The notes beneath the pieces are model-generated. The model saw nothing but the letters and a program-made list of their open reading frames with translations. It had not been told where the DNA came from and searched no databases. The translations under genes and the position numbers were made by a program. A stretch of 64,000 bases of DNA, taken from NCBI GenBank assembly GCA_958009085.1, contig OY253669.1:1178001-1242000 (forward strand), written 5' to 3'. Positions 11,994 through 25,429 of the stretch are shown piece after piece (the first letter of the stretch is position 1; each line of letters begins with the position of its first letter). The stretch comes from Protoeuglena noctilucae. Its lineage: Eukaryota.

Positions 11994-13674
11994 ATGTCCG
12001 CGCTTGCCCGGGCGCAGGAGCCCGCGGGCTGTAGCCCCCGAGCGGGCCTGCAGTTGCCGCTTCGTGGTCGTTTGTGGACTCGGGCATTGCGAGCGCCGGC
12101 ACGGAACCATGCACAGGCCCAGAGGAGGGGCGCGAGGTGGTGCGAGGATGGCTTGGGGCCCGAAGGGGACGCCGCGTTGCCCACATTGTCATCCTGCGCA
12201 ACCAAGCCGGCGTCAACGCTCTGCTTCTCGCTTGCCGCCGCGGGAGGTGAGCGGCTTTCACCGGGACGGGCAGATGCCTAGCTGGACGTGCCGGGAGCTT
12301 CCCCGCCCGTTGTGACGGGGACACCGAACGCGCATGCATGCCATTCACCACAACCGCTTTGAACATGTCTTGCGGTTGCGCGCCAGGCCCTGCCCGATTC
12401 GGGCCGCGCCTCCACGGGCATGCCCCTCGCTCGTGGTCCGCAGCCGCGTGGTCCATCCTCGCCGGTCCCGCGAGCGCCGAGGGGTTCTTGCCGACCGAAC
12501 AGTACGTCGGCCTTCTGAAGTCCATCGAGGCGATGGGGGCGTGGGGAGTCTTCGCGTTCTACGGGCTCACGGCGCTTGGCGAAATGGTACCTCTGTTTCC
12601 TACCCAGGCGAGAGCCCCGGCGGCCCCGACGCCTGTGAATTGCGCACATCGTGAGCTGATGTGTCTCACCTGCTCTGCCTCCTACGGCCCGCAGCCTCTG
12701 GCGATCGGCGCGGGGCTCCTTTTCCCCATCCCCGTCGCCGTCCCGGTCATCTTGGCGGCCAATCTGACCGCCGCGTGTGGGGCGTTCGCCGTCTCTCGGG
12801 GTCCCGGCCGCACGTTCGCTCAGCGCATCATCCGGATGGAGGCCGGCCACGACTCAGCCGGGGACGGCGAGGGTGGCAAGGGCCTCGCGGCCCTCGTGCA
12901 GTCCTCCACCCAGGGTACGAACGTGGTGGCGCAGACGCTGGGCATCATGCTCCTGCGCTTCAGCCCCGCCACCCCCTACTCGGCCTCCAACTACCTGCTC
13001 GGCCTCAGCCCCATTCCGTTCACGCCCTTCTTCGTCGGCGAGTGCACAGCGCGCTTGCAGCCCTGCCCCGCACCCCGGCGCCTGACGATTGAGCTAGCAT
13101 GACCGCAATCGATCACCTCGTCCGTGCACCGCTATGGCCCCCTTTGCAGGGACCTTGCTGGGGATGACGCCGTGGGCGGTGGCCCTCACATCTCTGGGCC
13201 GTGCCTCCCGGAGCCTGTTGCAGGGCGGGGACCCGGCGGAGGCCATGGCGGAGCTCGGCGAGCACGCAGCCGAGCTGAGCCAGGCGGCGCTGAAGGTGTC
13301 GGGTGAGTGCCCGCTCGTGTGCCGCGCAACGAGGTCGTTGCGACGTGTGGACAGGTCGTGGGCGGGTAACGCTATCTGTTGTGACTCACATACATTCGAT
13401 CGTCGCGCGTCTTGCAGGGGTGCTTGCGGCGGCAGGGGCTGCGTTCTTCCTGGGGCGGGAGGTGACCAAGCGTTTGAACGAGGGTGCCTCGGACAGCCCC
13501 ACGGCTGCCAGCGTTCCCGACGACGCGGCGGTGCGCGACCAGGCGACGGGCGCGCCCGAAGCGCAGGCCGAGGGCGGAGCTGGTGATGGCGCTGCCCTGG
13601 GCGCCGCCCTGCCGAGCCACAGTGAGATGCGGCACGAGGAGCGGCCCCGGGAGGTGTCATCGAGCGTCAAGTAG
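11994..13674 (+). CDS. VTT/SNARE-associated Golgi (TVP38/TMEM64, DedA-like) membrane protein, probably plastid-targeted
   Basis: EMVPLFPTQ|PLAIGAGLLF...ANLTAACGAFAVSRGPGR...LLRFSPATPYSASNYLLGLSPIPFTPFFVG|TLLGMTPW. Two introns have GC donors (12608, 13038). Confidence 0.88.
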
Positions 13675-13852
13675 AGCTTTGACGACCGCCGCGCATATGC
13701 ATGAGAGGGAGAAGTCGTGGCAGCGGGCCATGGCGCCGTATGCTGGATTTGAGAAAGGTACTCACTTTCCCACTTGGCCCCGTATCACTCACTAGACCCG
13801 CTTGAATTTTTCAAGCTTCAGGCCTGGCTACCGGCCAGTCACTGAGTCGCCC

Positions 13853-15270
13853 CTAGGCAGGCGCTGTGGTAGCTGCCTTGACGCGCCTCACGACTTCCAC
13901 CGGCAGGGCATACCTGGGGTCGACGGGCTTGAGGCCCGGATAGCCCAGGAGGCTGAGCCCAGCAATCCCGAAGAAGGTGTGATACACGTCCACCATGTCC
14001 TCGGGTCTGTGCACATGGGGCCAGGTGCGCGTGTCGCCTCATGGGCGCCACGAGTGCCGCAACGTGCCTCAAGCCCAGACCCTTGCCTGTCCGAGATGCC
14101 GCCCTGTTCTGGATCCTGGCACTGCAGGATGAAGCGCACCAGGTGTTCTCGGTTGATCCAGGGCAGGCGCCTGCATATGGACAGGGCCGTGAGGCACCAC
14201 CACGAGTAGCACACGTCCTGCATCTTCTCGGGCCTCCCGTTCAGGCCCCCGGAGCTCGTCTGCCGCTCACACAGCCACCAGCAGAGCCTGCGGCCGACGC
14301 AGGAGAAAGCAGTCGCTGGCAGCATGTAGCCAAGCCGTCTGCCGACCCATACCCCAACCATCATGGATCTCGATGAATGCATCGCACACCTGTCCTGGTC
14401 TAGGGCCTCGAGGTGCCCGGCGAGCGCCAGGGCTCCGACGCATACGAACACCTGCCCAGCGTGGGACTCTCCGCCCGGGCGGCAACCGAACCCGCCGTCT
14501 GGGTTCTGGCATTGCAGGACCCACGACGCGGCCTTCCGCACGTCGACGGCGTCGACGCGCCCCAGCAGGTCGAGGCACAGGAGGGCGCAGTAGGTGAAGC
14601 GGCTGTCCACCTCGCCCCAAGCGTCGCCGGCAAAGGAGCCGTCCGGCCGCTGCAGCGACGCCACGAACGCGGCGATGGCTTCCGCATCGAGCTCCGACTC
14701 CTTGCCCAGCAGCGCCATGATCTGGACCGCGCTGAGCGTGTAGAGCAGGTGCGCGTCATGCCCCTCGGCCCCTCCGTACCCGCCGTTGCTGCGCCGGCAG
14801 GCGCTCACGAAGCCCGTGATGTCATCCAAGGGCATCTCCGACAGACGCCCCATGATATCCATGGCCGTCAGACCTGCGGAGCGCCGCAAGCGCACAGGAC
14901 GGGGGTGTAGTGCCGGCCATGTGACGTGCGCCCCCCTTCCGCCGCGAAAGAGGCCCCTCCGCTCACCCCAATACACCCCCGACATCCTGAAGTGCTCCGT
15001 CACGACGGACTCGAACCCCTCGCGGTCCTTGGCAATCCGCACAATGTACTGCGCCCAGGGAAGACCGTCTCGACTGTTGGACGCGGTTTGAAGCACTACG
15101 CGGCTGGGGATGTCCAGCGGACTGTTCCATGCACCGAGATGACATAATATATGCGTCTGTGCGAAGTACGGCTGTGACAGGCACGCTGTGGCGGTCAACG
15201 TGCGCACCTCGGCATGCTTGTCCACAAGGAGCGGCCCTTCCGCCGCGTCAGGGGGGGGATCCCCCGGCAT
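13853..15270 (-). CDS. RABGGTB: Rab geranylgeranyltransferase (type II) beta subunit
   Basis: [101 protein letters not shown]. Confidence 0.95.
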
Positions 15271-15519
15271 GTCTGGGCCTTCTCAAAAGACTCTACTTCG
15301 TGAAGCTCGCAGATTTACGTTCCCGCTTGTGATTACCAACGCTTTCCAGGACCCCGGCTTCACCTGAACTTTGCTGCTTTAGAGAAGGGTCGACAGACGC
15401 AGTTGCATTTACCGTCAGATGTGGCATGCAGCCAACGGGTCATGGACTTGAAAACCTCGTGCCAGAGCAGGCTCGCCGACGTGCCAGCGACACGGCAACA
15501 CACGCGAAGGCGAAGGGCC

Positions 15520-16484
15520 CTATGCGACGCCGTGCTTCTTCAGGTAGGCCTCCAGGGCAACCTTGGTGATCACACCCTCGTGCTTGGAGCCGTCCACGAC
15601 CTTGCCGTCCTTGATCAGCATCAGCGTGGGCAGCCCGTAGACCTTGAACTTCTCCACCAGCCCCGGGTTCGGATCGGCGTCAACCTTGACAACCTTGAGG
15701 TTGGAGTACGTCTGGTCCGCCCAGTCCATGAAGGGCGCGACGAGCTTGCAAGGCCCGCACCAGCTGGCCCAGAAATCCACGAGCACCGGCTGGCTGGAGG
15801 ACGCCTGCGCGACGACGTCGTTGCGGGAATTGGGAGCGGGGGTGGCGGGCGCGGAATCCGGGGGTGCAAGGTGCGATGGGCCACCGGGTGCCGAGCCCGC
15901 TGCCCAGCAGGGCGTCGCCACAAACGACGATGTCATCGGTTCGGCCTCGGCGCCCATCGACTCCGCCCGACCACAGCTGGACCCGATAGCGAGAGCGCAG
16001 AACATGCACCGCGAAGCAGGGCGCCGTGCGCGGCAGCGGCTTTCGCGGGTGCCCACCTCAATCACTTCACGCTCCCATGTGTCCTCGCCGACGCTCGCTA
16101 CTGCGCGAGTCCGCACCACGCTCCTCGCGGCGGGCTTCTCCGAGCGCGAAAAGACCACGCCGCGGGGAACACGGGTCAGGTCGACGCGAGATCCGCGTGG
16201 GAAGCGGACCGCGGCAGGGGATGGCCGCACAGGGACCTGCACTCGATCGAGGGCGGGGTGCAGGTGCCCAGCGCTTTATGACGACCACGTATAGCAACTG
16301 GATAGCGCGATCGCGTCATCGCGCCCCGGCCTCCATGTGCGGACACAAAAACTCTCGCGGCGATGCCTGGCCCCCCAGCAACGCCCAGCCTCGGCATCAG
16401 CGCCCCGATGCCACGCCCGCAACCAAGACGCCACGGTTACGCGTACGGCCGGCCCACCGTCGTCACCTGGAGCGCGAATGCCAT
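15520..16484 (-). CDS. TRXx: Plastid thioredoxin, x-type
   Basis: Exon 1 MAFALQ (16484-16467), then transit peptide; VLVDFWASWCGPCKLV active site; KVYGLPTL...SKHEGVITK resembles Trx-x. Confidence 0.88.
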
Positions 16485-17174
16485 TCCTGGACCCCCGTTG
16501 TCAAACCCCCCCGTGCGCGAATGCTCCGCCGGAGATCGCTGTGCGTAGAGGAGGGAAACTGCTGAGGGCGACGATCCAAATGCAACTTTTTTTACGGATC
16601 GACATACCCTAGTCAGCCTGGGTCAGTCCAGGCTGTGCGACCATAATCCGACCCGCTGGGTGTGCACATTGTGCGAAATTTCGAGCGGAGGAGCTCGGTT
16701 TGCCAAAGGTTCCGCCCCAGGTGCCGTGGCTCGCCGATCAACGGTCAGCTGGTTCTCTCTGCCCCCTTGGCTCGACGGCGCAGTAGCTGGGCTGGCCGTT
16801 GCATTGGACACCTGCTGAACGTCGAGGAGACCCTCGCCAGACGACCTCCTCTGCGGCGGGGTCGAGGAAGGGCCCAAATTGGGGGGGTGCGTCATGCCGG
16901 CCCTGCCAATTGGTGCCCGATTCGCGCGGCTCTCTAGTAGATCGCGTCGTGCTTCTGGGATAGGGCCCCCGTGACCCAGCTCGCGGCAGCTGCCCGGTCC
17001 GCCCCGCCGTGTCCCAGTTTCGGATGCGCGCGTTGTGCCGGGCGCTCCCCGATCGACAGTGCGGCAGCTTAGCCGCCGACGGGCGCGTCGTAAGCCTGGA
17101 TGTATTCTTCGAGCCATCGCGACGCCCAGCAGGCCCTCTCTCCCGGCGCAGGGCGGTCTGGGGTGGCCCAAAGA

Positions 17175-17828
17175 TGAAACGGCGTACCCTGTCGTGGCTG
17201 GGCCCCATGCTGGGGTCCTGGCAGGCCAAGTTCACCCTCTTCATCGGCCTCATGTACATCATCGGCCAGCTGACCGGTTTCTATCCCATCGTCAGCGCCT
17301 TCCAGGCCGCGGGGAGCGTCCTGAGCCATCTGGCAAGTCTCGCGCTGCGCTGCCGACCACCTCGTCCGCCCCGAGCCCCGCCAGCTAGGCTCAAGGCGAT
17401 TTCCAGCGAAACACGAACCGTCGCGATCGCCCCCGGCCCGCCCGCAGGTGTCTGGCGTCCCGTCTGACCCCAACTCGGTGGCGCCCCTCCTCCGCACTGT
17501 CACGAGTGAGGTGGACGACGCCGCCCGCATCTTCCAGCGCTACCTGCGCCGCGCGGACATGGCAAATCCCGGATCGAACCTCGAGCGCGACTTCCGCGCC
17601 TTCCTGATCGAGGAGGCGGCCGGCCCCCGACGTCGCGCCGAGCGTCGCCTCGAGTGGGTCATGCTCGCGTACCGCTTCATCATCCCCTTCCTCATCTTCG
17701 CCCTCCTCATCCGCTTCACCTCTCGCGACGAAGGCTCCAAGGACGCCCACGGCGGCGATGCCCACGCGGCCGCTCTCCGCCACGCCACGCCTCCCGCCAA
17801 GGCCGGACACAAGCGCCAGCCCACGTGA
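17175..17828 (+). CDS. Hypothetical small protein with two predicted TM segments
   Basis: Two exons with strong GC3 bias joined by a GC-AG intron (CTG|GCAAGT, 17333-17447). Hydrophobic segments FTLFIGLMYIIGQLTGF and WVMLAYRFIIPFLIFALLI. No family recognised. Confidence 0.65.
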
Positions 17829-18556
17829 GCCCGGCCCAGCGCGCGTGACTGGACTACACTGCGACTCTGCCTTCTCTAACGCTTCGCGACCTGCGGCCCC
17901 CGCAGTCCCCGCCTGGACCGCCACGCTGCCGACACGCCCTCGACCGTGAAGCTCGCCAGCGGGGGGCGCAAGACGCCGCAAGGCCCCCGGAACGAGCCCG
18001 GCCGCGCTGCTGCGCGCGAGGGGCTCCCCAAGTTACCGGCGCGGCCTGGGACGCTGCGGGAGACCTCGGGGCAGCAGGGAGGCAAGCAGGGGGGCAAGCG
18101 GGAGGCGTGGCCCCAGGACTGGCCGGAGGGCCCCACGCACGGGCACGGGTGGCACTTACAGATGTTAGTGGGGGCGACGCCGAACGGGAACAAGGCCCTG
18201 GGGGGCGCACACGCACCCTTCGGGCGCTTATCACACGAGCCGGCGGGGCTGGTGGACGGGGGAGCGCGGGGACGGGTGCGCTGAGGGTACGTGGGCGCTT
18301 GCTTGAGAGACACGCGCCGTAGCTTTGTCAGTTAGATTCACAGATGCCAGCCTAGCTCTTTTCCACCCTGGCAACGTCCTTTTGCCTGACTACCACGCAT
18401 CTAGACATCCACACCCACATGTGAGGTCGAGTGTGTTTCACGTCGCCGACGCAGCCGGCGCGACGACGCTGCATGCAGACACGCCCGCGCTTGCCTGGCG
18501 CGCCATGAACATCGCGCATGGAAACGACAAAGTCCGCCTTGTAAGTGAGCTGCAAC

Positions 18557-21500
18557 CTACGCGAGAGTCGCGGCAACCTGTGCCGCACGGGCAGCCACCC
18601 CTGCCCCTCCGAGCTCCTTGGCCTTCTCAAGCAGCGCCTCCCACTTGCGCCTCACGCTGCGGACAGAGAAACAAACCCCGTGTCTCGAAACGGCCTAACA
18701 AGCATGGTACGTGAGGCATCCGCCAAGTGCCCACTATGGAAATGCTCGCCTGTACACCAGCATGGCCTCCACGGTCCCCGCGTGCCTCGCGAACCGGTCG
18801 ACTAGGTCCACGGCGACTTCAGCGACAGCGACGCGCGATGCGTCGGGCTGCCCATTCCCAGGCCGGCCCTGCGTGCGCAGCACTCTCTTTGGTCAGGAAG
18901 CATATACAGGGCGACTGTGTGATGCAATGTCTGTGACTCTTTCCCAATGCTGCATACCGCACAGCCTCACCTGCACCTCTAGTGCAGACACCAGGCCACC
19001 GAGGCAGGGGCCCGTCAGCGCTGAGAACTGCCCGCAGCAGTCGGCAGCCAAATGCACCGTCGCTGCCACAGCCGGCCGGCCAGCCCCGGCGCGCGCCGTC
19101 GCCGCCACTGCCGCCGCCAGCACCGCCCCCGCGCTCGCGGCCGTCCCACCCGGGGCACCCGCGATGCACGCGCCCGCTTCCACCGCGTCGGCGACCAACC
19201 TCGCCGCCAGGGCCGCCGCCGCAGCCCCCGACCCGCCCACTGCCTCGACCAGCCTCGAGGGCTCTCTCAAAGCCTCCATGTCACCCCCGCCGTCGCTGCA
19301 GAGCCCCGCCAGGGCGTCCAGCAAAAGCTCCATCGCCACGGCAGCTCCAACTGCACGGCACAGCGATGCGAGGGCGGCGGAGGCCACGGCAGCAGATCCC
19401 CCGCGCTCGCCCTCCCTCACGGCGTTCCGCAGCACGCCCACCGTCGCTGCCACGCACTCCGGGGATACAGTGACGGGCTGGCACGTGGACGCAGTCGGAA
19501 GCAGGCAGGCGACCAGCTGCACGCGCACGGATGGAGGGTACTGGCTGCTGGAGGCCGCGAGGGCCATGGCTTCGAGCGTCGAGGTAGGGAGCGGGTGCAG
19601 CAGGGCCATGGTGCTGGCTGCCAAGCGCTGCGTGGCCTGCGGGGGGGTTAAATGGGATCATATCATAAGGGCTTCATTCCGCTGCAGCGCTGTGGTCAGA
19701 GCGTGCCAAGGAACGTGCTGTAATGTGACGGGCGCAACGCCCGCAAGCATTGGGAGGCGCGACCCACCTCGGGGAGCTTGGCCAGGGGCCCCGGGAACCG
19801 CCGGCGGGGCTGCCCGGCCTTCTTGGAAGGGAGGCTGACGAAGAGCAGGGGCGACAGCTCGGTGCGCAATGCCAGCAGGGCCGCACCCAAAGGATCGTCC
19901 GCGTGTAGCGGCGTCCGCGTGAGGGTCGAGGCCGCGACGTGGATCAGCGCCAGGGCGGCGTGCGTGGCCGCGGGCCGGTCCGCGCCCTGCGTCCACGCTA
20001 CCCGCGGCAGGGCGCCCAGCAACGCCGCGAGCGCTGCGCCGCGGTCGCCCAGTGCCGCGCTCGGCTGCGTGCGGCACAGGTGAAGGACCACGCGGGTGCA
20101 CCCCACGTGGAGCTTGCTCTTGGGAGGGGCGGCTGCGGCGGCCCCGCAGAGGGCCTGCATCAGCAGGACCTGGTCTGCAAAGAGCAGAAGCGAGAGAAGA
20201 GGGTGGTAGTTGCACAGAAACACCACAGCTGGCGCCAGCGGGGGTAATTCTGACGTAGCCGAGCAAATAAACCGCCATCCGCGCCGATGCGCCGCTCACC
20301 GTTCGGGTCCAGCCAGGGCAGGGCAGCCAAAAGGTCGGGGAGTATGACCATCGCGTCATCCGCTGAGGCACGCTGCTCCTCTTTATCTGCACCCTGCTCC
20401 TCGCTCCCCGGCGCAGTGCCCGCCAAGGCCCCCAGCGCGAACTCCACCGCCCCCGCCACCCACGCCGCCACGGCCGCTCCCTCGCTGCGCCCCGCGGGTG
20501 CGAGCTTGAGCGCGACGGCGGACAGCGCCCGGTTGGCCAAAGCCACGTCGACCCTCGCCTCCTCCGTCAGCCCCGAATCGGGCGCCCGCAGTGGGAAGGT
20601 GGGGCCCACCGCCGCCGCCACCGTCGCCGCCACCGCCACCGGCGCGCTGCGGGGACGCTCCCGTGCAGCCTTGCCCGGCAGCCCCGCCTTGAGACTTGCC
20701 GCGGCAGCCCCGCCCGACTCCGACGCCTCCCCCGCACCAGCCGGGCCCTGCACGTGCGTGGCCATGGCTGCCGCCTCGCGTGACCCCACCGCCCACGTGA
20801 GGATGACCATGGCCTGAGCCATGCTCTGGGCAATCAACCGGAGACAAGAGGCCACCTGGGCATCGGCCGCGTCCCGGTACGCGCCGGCGCACTCGGCCCA
20901 CACGGTGCTGCGGGTGTGAATGTGTCGATAGGGAGCGTGAGGCCGTGCCAGGGACACAGGAAGCGGCCCGGTGTTATAGCTGGGATGCGGTAGACCCCAT
21001 TTACCGCCAATAGACAGACAGGAGCTTCACCTGAGCAGCGCCAGCAGCCTCGTCAGCCCCGCCGCGGCCTCAGGCGCGTGGCCATTGCTGGCCGCGCCTT
21101 GCACCCTCGAGGTGGCCTTCCGCAAGACGCCCTTGGTCGATGGGGGCACGGACCACGCGAGCCTCCGGCGCATGAGAACGGGGGCTGACGAGGACGGCTC
21201 TCCCTCCCGAGATTCAGGGACCGATTGCTGGGCAGAGGGAGAGGGCAGGGTTGGGCAGAGGGCGACGGGTGGGCGAAGGGCGAGCATGGGAGTGGCTGCG
21301 CATCCCATCCCGGGACTGACCTGGCTGTCAGCGGTCGGCGAGCCCGCGACATCGCGGTTCAAGTCCCCGGAGACCGCAGACAGGAAACCCTCGACGCCCT
21401 GCAGCGTCCGAAGGAGGGACGCGACGGACCTCGACTTGATGCTCTTTAGCCGATGAGAACCCTCCAGCTGCACGGAAAGGTAATCCAAACACGGAACTGC

Positions 21501-22354
21501 GAGAGATAGAAGCGCGAGGCGTCGCGTCGGGCGGCCACGTGCCCGGGACGGGGCGCGGCAAGCAGCGACCTTGCTCACCGAGGAAATGCCTCCGGACCAG
21601 ACCTGGCAGCCGCGCCGCGAGCAGCTGCATGATGTGCGCGGCCGCCGCGCGCACGCCGGCGTCCAGCGCGGTCATGGCGCTGAGGACGTGCGCGGCGGCG
21701 GTCGGGAGGAACGCAGAGAGCGCGGCGTCGGTCAGGCCCGGGAGGACGCACGCGTCGACGAGAGCGGCGAGCTCCTTGCGCACGTCGCCGTCTTTATCGC
21801 TAATGCGCGCAAGGCAGCGCTCCACGACGAGCCCGGCGTTCGCCGAGAGCTCCGCGGGGTGGCGACCCAGCAGCTCCGTGAGACCTGTGGCGGGTGCGCG
21901 GCGGCTCGGTCCCTGGGCGCCTCGACCAGCGTCACAGACTCCTTACGCGTTCCGTCATCACGATGAGCATCGGCGCCCCGCGAGGCCCCGCCCCGTGCCC
22001 GCCGCACCTGAGACGGCGTCGCGACGCGTTTTCTCCGAGTGGTGCGACAGCTGGGAGAGTAGCTCCTTCAAAGTGAGGTTGCGCGATGTCACGTGTAAAC
22101 CACTCTTGTCCGCGGCGATGCTCTGCGCCGCCACGTGGATCTTCTGCGCCCTGCGTTCCCCGGCGAGGGACGGGACGGGTTGCCGGCGGCCTCGCGCCGC
22201 CCCAGAAGGTTTCGCGGGCTCATCGGGCAGCGCATCACCTGATGGTCGTGTCCGTGTCGTTCTGGGCCTTCTGGAGCTTCCGCCCCACCTTGTGCTTCAC
22301 GCGGCGGAAGTCGACCCCGACGCCGGGGTTCTTCCGCTTGATGACCTTCCCCAT
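18557..22354 (-). CDS. IPI1: Pre-rRNA processing protein IPI1 / TEX10-like
   Basis: N-terminus MGKVIKRKNPGVGVDFRRVKHKVGRKLQKAQNDTDT...NLTLKELLSQLSHHSEKTRRDAV...ISDKDGDVR...AHVLSAMTALDAGVR is the Ipi1/TEX10 signature, followed by Ala-rich helical exons. The 3' end is approximate. Confidence 0.88.
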
Positions 22355-22539
22355 GGCAGCGCGGCCACGACTGCTGGCCTATTCGGCCGCTCTGGTTCCC
22401 CTCCTACCGCAGGATGGGTTGAAACAGGAAGTGAGGGGGGGGAACCCTCAAAGCCCTACCTGTTTGCTGCTTCCAGGGCAGGCCAGAGGCAGTCCTCCCT
22501 CGTATTTCTCTCGCAAGCGCAAAGCCGAACTCGCCAGCC

Positions 22540-23235
22540 ATGCTCCGCGTCGCGCGCAGCGGGCTCCCTGTGTCCCGGGTCTTGTTCTCGCCTGGGGGAC
22601 CTGCGTTCGGTGCTCTCCTGCAGCAGGGGCGGCGCGCAGCAGACGCGGCGTCCTCTTCGGACGCGGCGTCCTCGCCCCGGGTCGTCGAAGTGACGGACCT
22701 AGACACGCTCGCGAAGCTCATCAGTCCCAACCAGCGCATGGGAGTCATCCTTGACTGCTACGCGAAGTGGTGCGGGCCTTGTCGGGTCCTGACGCCCAGG
22801 CTCGAGGCCGCCGTCGCTTCGGCGCAGCACGTGGTCCTTGCCAAGCTCGACGTCGATCGCACCGTTTTCCAGAACGTCGTAAACGATCTCCGGGTGGGTG
22901 ACTCCGGCTCGTTCGCAGCGTGCAGTGCTGTCTCATGCCCCCGTCGTGCCTGCACCATTGCACCACGCCCTGCGAAAGGCCTTGGCCCGCCCAAACTCCA
23001 GGTCACGGCCGTCCCTTCCCTGTTCGTCTACCACCGCGGCGTGATTCTCACGTCTCAGCGCGGATTGATTCCCGAGGACGCCATCGCGAGCATGGTGCAG
23101 GAGCTGGATGCGAGGGGTGAGTCGCAGCCCTTGGCTCCCTCAAAGGTGGAAGCAGGGGGCAGAGCAGACAGGAGCACGCGTGCCGTTGCACCTCATCCTC
23201 TGGGCTTCTTTGCGTCCGCAGCCGCAGCCGCATGA
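22540..23235 (+). CDS. Thioredoxin-domain protein (YbbN/CnoX-N-like, possibly mitochondrial)
   Basis: VILDCYAKWCGPCRVLTPRLE...LAKLDVD...R|VTAVPSLF; Arg/Ser-rich N-terminal presequence; in-frame intron ~22894-23001. Confidence 0.82.
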   Translation: MLRVARSGLPVSRVLFSPGGPAFGALLQQGRRAADAASSSDAASSPRVVEVTDLDTLAKLISPNQRMGVILDCYAKWCGPCRVLTPRLEAAVASAQHVVLAKLDVDRTVFQNVVNDLRVGDSGSFAACSAVSCPRRACTIAPRPAKGLGPPKLQVTAVPSLFVYHRGVILTSQRGLIPEDAIASMVQELDARGESQPLAPSKVEAGGRADRSTRAVAPHPLGFFASAAAAA

Positions 23236-23435
23236 AGAATCATACTCGTTATGGCGAGAGCGAATGGCGCAATGGCTCTACCAATTGATCTTGTTCATTT
23301 TGCCTAGGTAGGTCCGACTGGAAACTGTGGCTCGCGACTGTCATGCTGCAGAGCTGCAAACCGGGAAACACAAGTTGCAGCTACACGCTGCCCTGCTCCT
23401 TTCGCCGGGTCCCAGTGGGGCCGCCCTCAGCCCCA

Positions 23436-25294
23436 TCACGTTCTGCCGCCGACCCCGTTGGACTTTGAAAGGAAAGGCAGGATGACCAGGAGCTGCCGGC
23501 GCTTCCTGCTGAACTGCGGACGCGAACAGCGCAGCACAGGACGTCGCCCTGGGTAGTAGCGAAGGGGCGCTGGGGACGAGCAGAGCAAAGTTAAGACATC
23601 CTCGCAGCTTCCCAAACAACTTACTGCACTTGCCTTGGCACGGATGGCGGTCTCGTCCACCACGCACCCCAGCCACACTTCCACGGGGCGGAACCCCCGC
23701 CGGGACGCGTCCATCCACAGGTACTGCCCCTGCGCAGGAAAAGGAAGCGGTACTGAAGCTGCGACCCGCATTAAAAGCTCCCAACCCCGCCGTCACTCCC
23801 CACCCTGCGCCAGCTGCCTAGGGTGTTGGCCCCAAGGATGACGACCCCATGCGCACCTCAAAGACCTCCAAGTCCACCTCTGCCGCCCGCTGCACGCCCG
23901 GGAGCGAGAAGAGCACCTGACAGTAGCCCTTCGTGACCAGCTTTTCCCTGGGAACACGCACGGAGCGGCCATTCGCCCCGACAAGCCACGCTAAGATGCG
24001 GGTGCGGTGCCAAGTGCAGCTCTGTCAGGGACGGACGCTCACCTGACCCAGCTGGGGGCCTTGAGAGCGGAGTGGGGGGCCTTCTGGGACGCGGGCGAGG
24101 GCGCGGGATGCGACGAGCTCGACGCCTCGCCCAGCTCCTGGACCAAGGGCTCCCGCCGCGCCTGGGTCGGCCTGCGAAGCATATGAAACGGAAGCCTGCG
24201 ATAAAGCCCGCGTCCCCGACTCGAGCCTGCGCTGAATTTGCCTCGCGTGACACTGCGCCCCACGCCGCACCTCGCCCCCGCCCCGCCGCCCATGCTCAGC
24301 GCTGCCAGCTCCGACACCAGGTCCTGCGGCAGGTGCGTCCCCGCCTCCTCCGCGACGCGCCGGACCCCCGCCTCGCGCGCGCGGCGCTCCTCCTCGCGCA
24401 GGCCCTCCCGCGTGGCTGGGCTGAGGAAGTCCCGGTCCAGGAACACCTTGCGCGACTCCCGGGAGAGCTTGACCTGCGCCCGGATCTCCCAGAACTTGGA
24501 CGCCCACTCCACGACCGCGGCCCGCGCCTCGGCCTCCTCCACCGCCAGGCGGACCACGTCCGGGTGCGCCTTGCAGGCCAAGACGAGCCCCCGGCCGCCC
24601 GGGCCCAAGGCCCCGTGGCTGCGGACCTCCGGGTCCCGCAGCGCCTTGAGCGGCAGGTGCAGGGACCGCAGGTTGTCCGCCTGGCCACGGTACGGCGCCC
24701 CGCCGATCGTGGCGGGCTTGACCTCGCCCTGCGTGTCCGGCCAGATCTCCAGCACGGCGCTGGACCCCGCGTTCGGCCCCTCAACCACCCCGCACGTCAC
24801 GATGACGGCCGCCTGCGACGACAGAGACGCGGAGTCGATACGCTGGATCGGGCTGCGGCGTGCCCGGCATGCCTGGAGCCGTGCGCTGCAAATCGCACCT
24901 TGCCCGCACCCCCGCTCGTCGGCTGCTGCACCCCGGCGGCCTTCGCTTGCTGGTCCAGAAACTTCCGGTAACCCTCCGGGTCGTTCGCGGCGAGCTCGTC
25001 GAGGTGCTGCCACAACTTCTGCAGCAGCAAAGACGACCAAACTGAGATTCCACTACCCTGACCCCGCCTGATCCGGCCGCGAGCCGGTCTCGCGAGGACG
25101 GGCACCCATGGCACATTGCACAGCACCTGGGCGTGCTGGAGCATGGCGCTGTCGTTCCCCAACGCCCCCAGGAGTCCTTGGTCGGGGGACTGCCTCGCAT
25201 CCCCCGACGACGGCCCGAGGACGGACGGGCCTGGGCCCGCGACCCCCGCGTTGCTCGCTGCCTTCCCCGAGAAGAGCCTCGACAGGGACTCCAT
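23436..25294 (-). CDS. PIH1-domain protein (PIH1D2-like HSP90 co-chaperone / dynein assembly factor)
   Basis: KLWQHLDELAANDPEGYRKFLDQQ resembles the PIH1D2 N-terminus; C-terminal CS-like domain ends IRAK|FSRKRRQLLVILP. Confidence 0.78.
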
Positions 25295-25429
25295 CGCGAC
25301 TGCGCGCGCTGCGTGCCTGCGGGGGGGTAGCCCTGCTCGATACGGATGCAGCACCGGCGCTCCCCGTCCTCCGCCCCTGGGTGTCGCGAGACGCATCAAA
25401 AACATGCATTGCATTTTCCTTCACCTTCC

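Noticed and set aside
16575..16635. T7 run followed by an 8-bp hairpin (CAGCCTGG-GTCAGT-CCAGGCTG)
   Set aside because: No resemblance to tRNA, U6, 5S or SRP RNA; a single short stem can arise by chance at this GC content.
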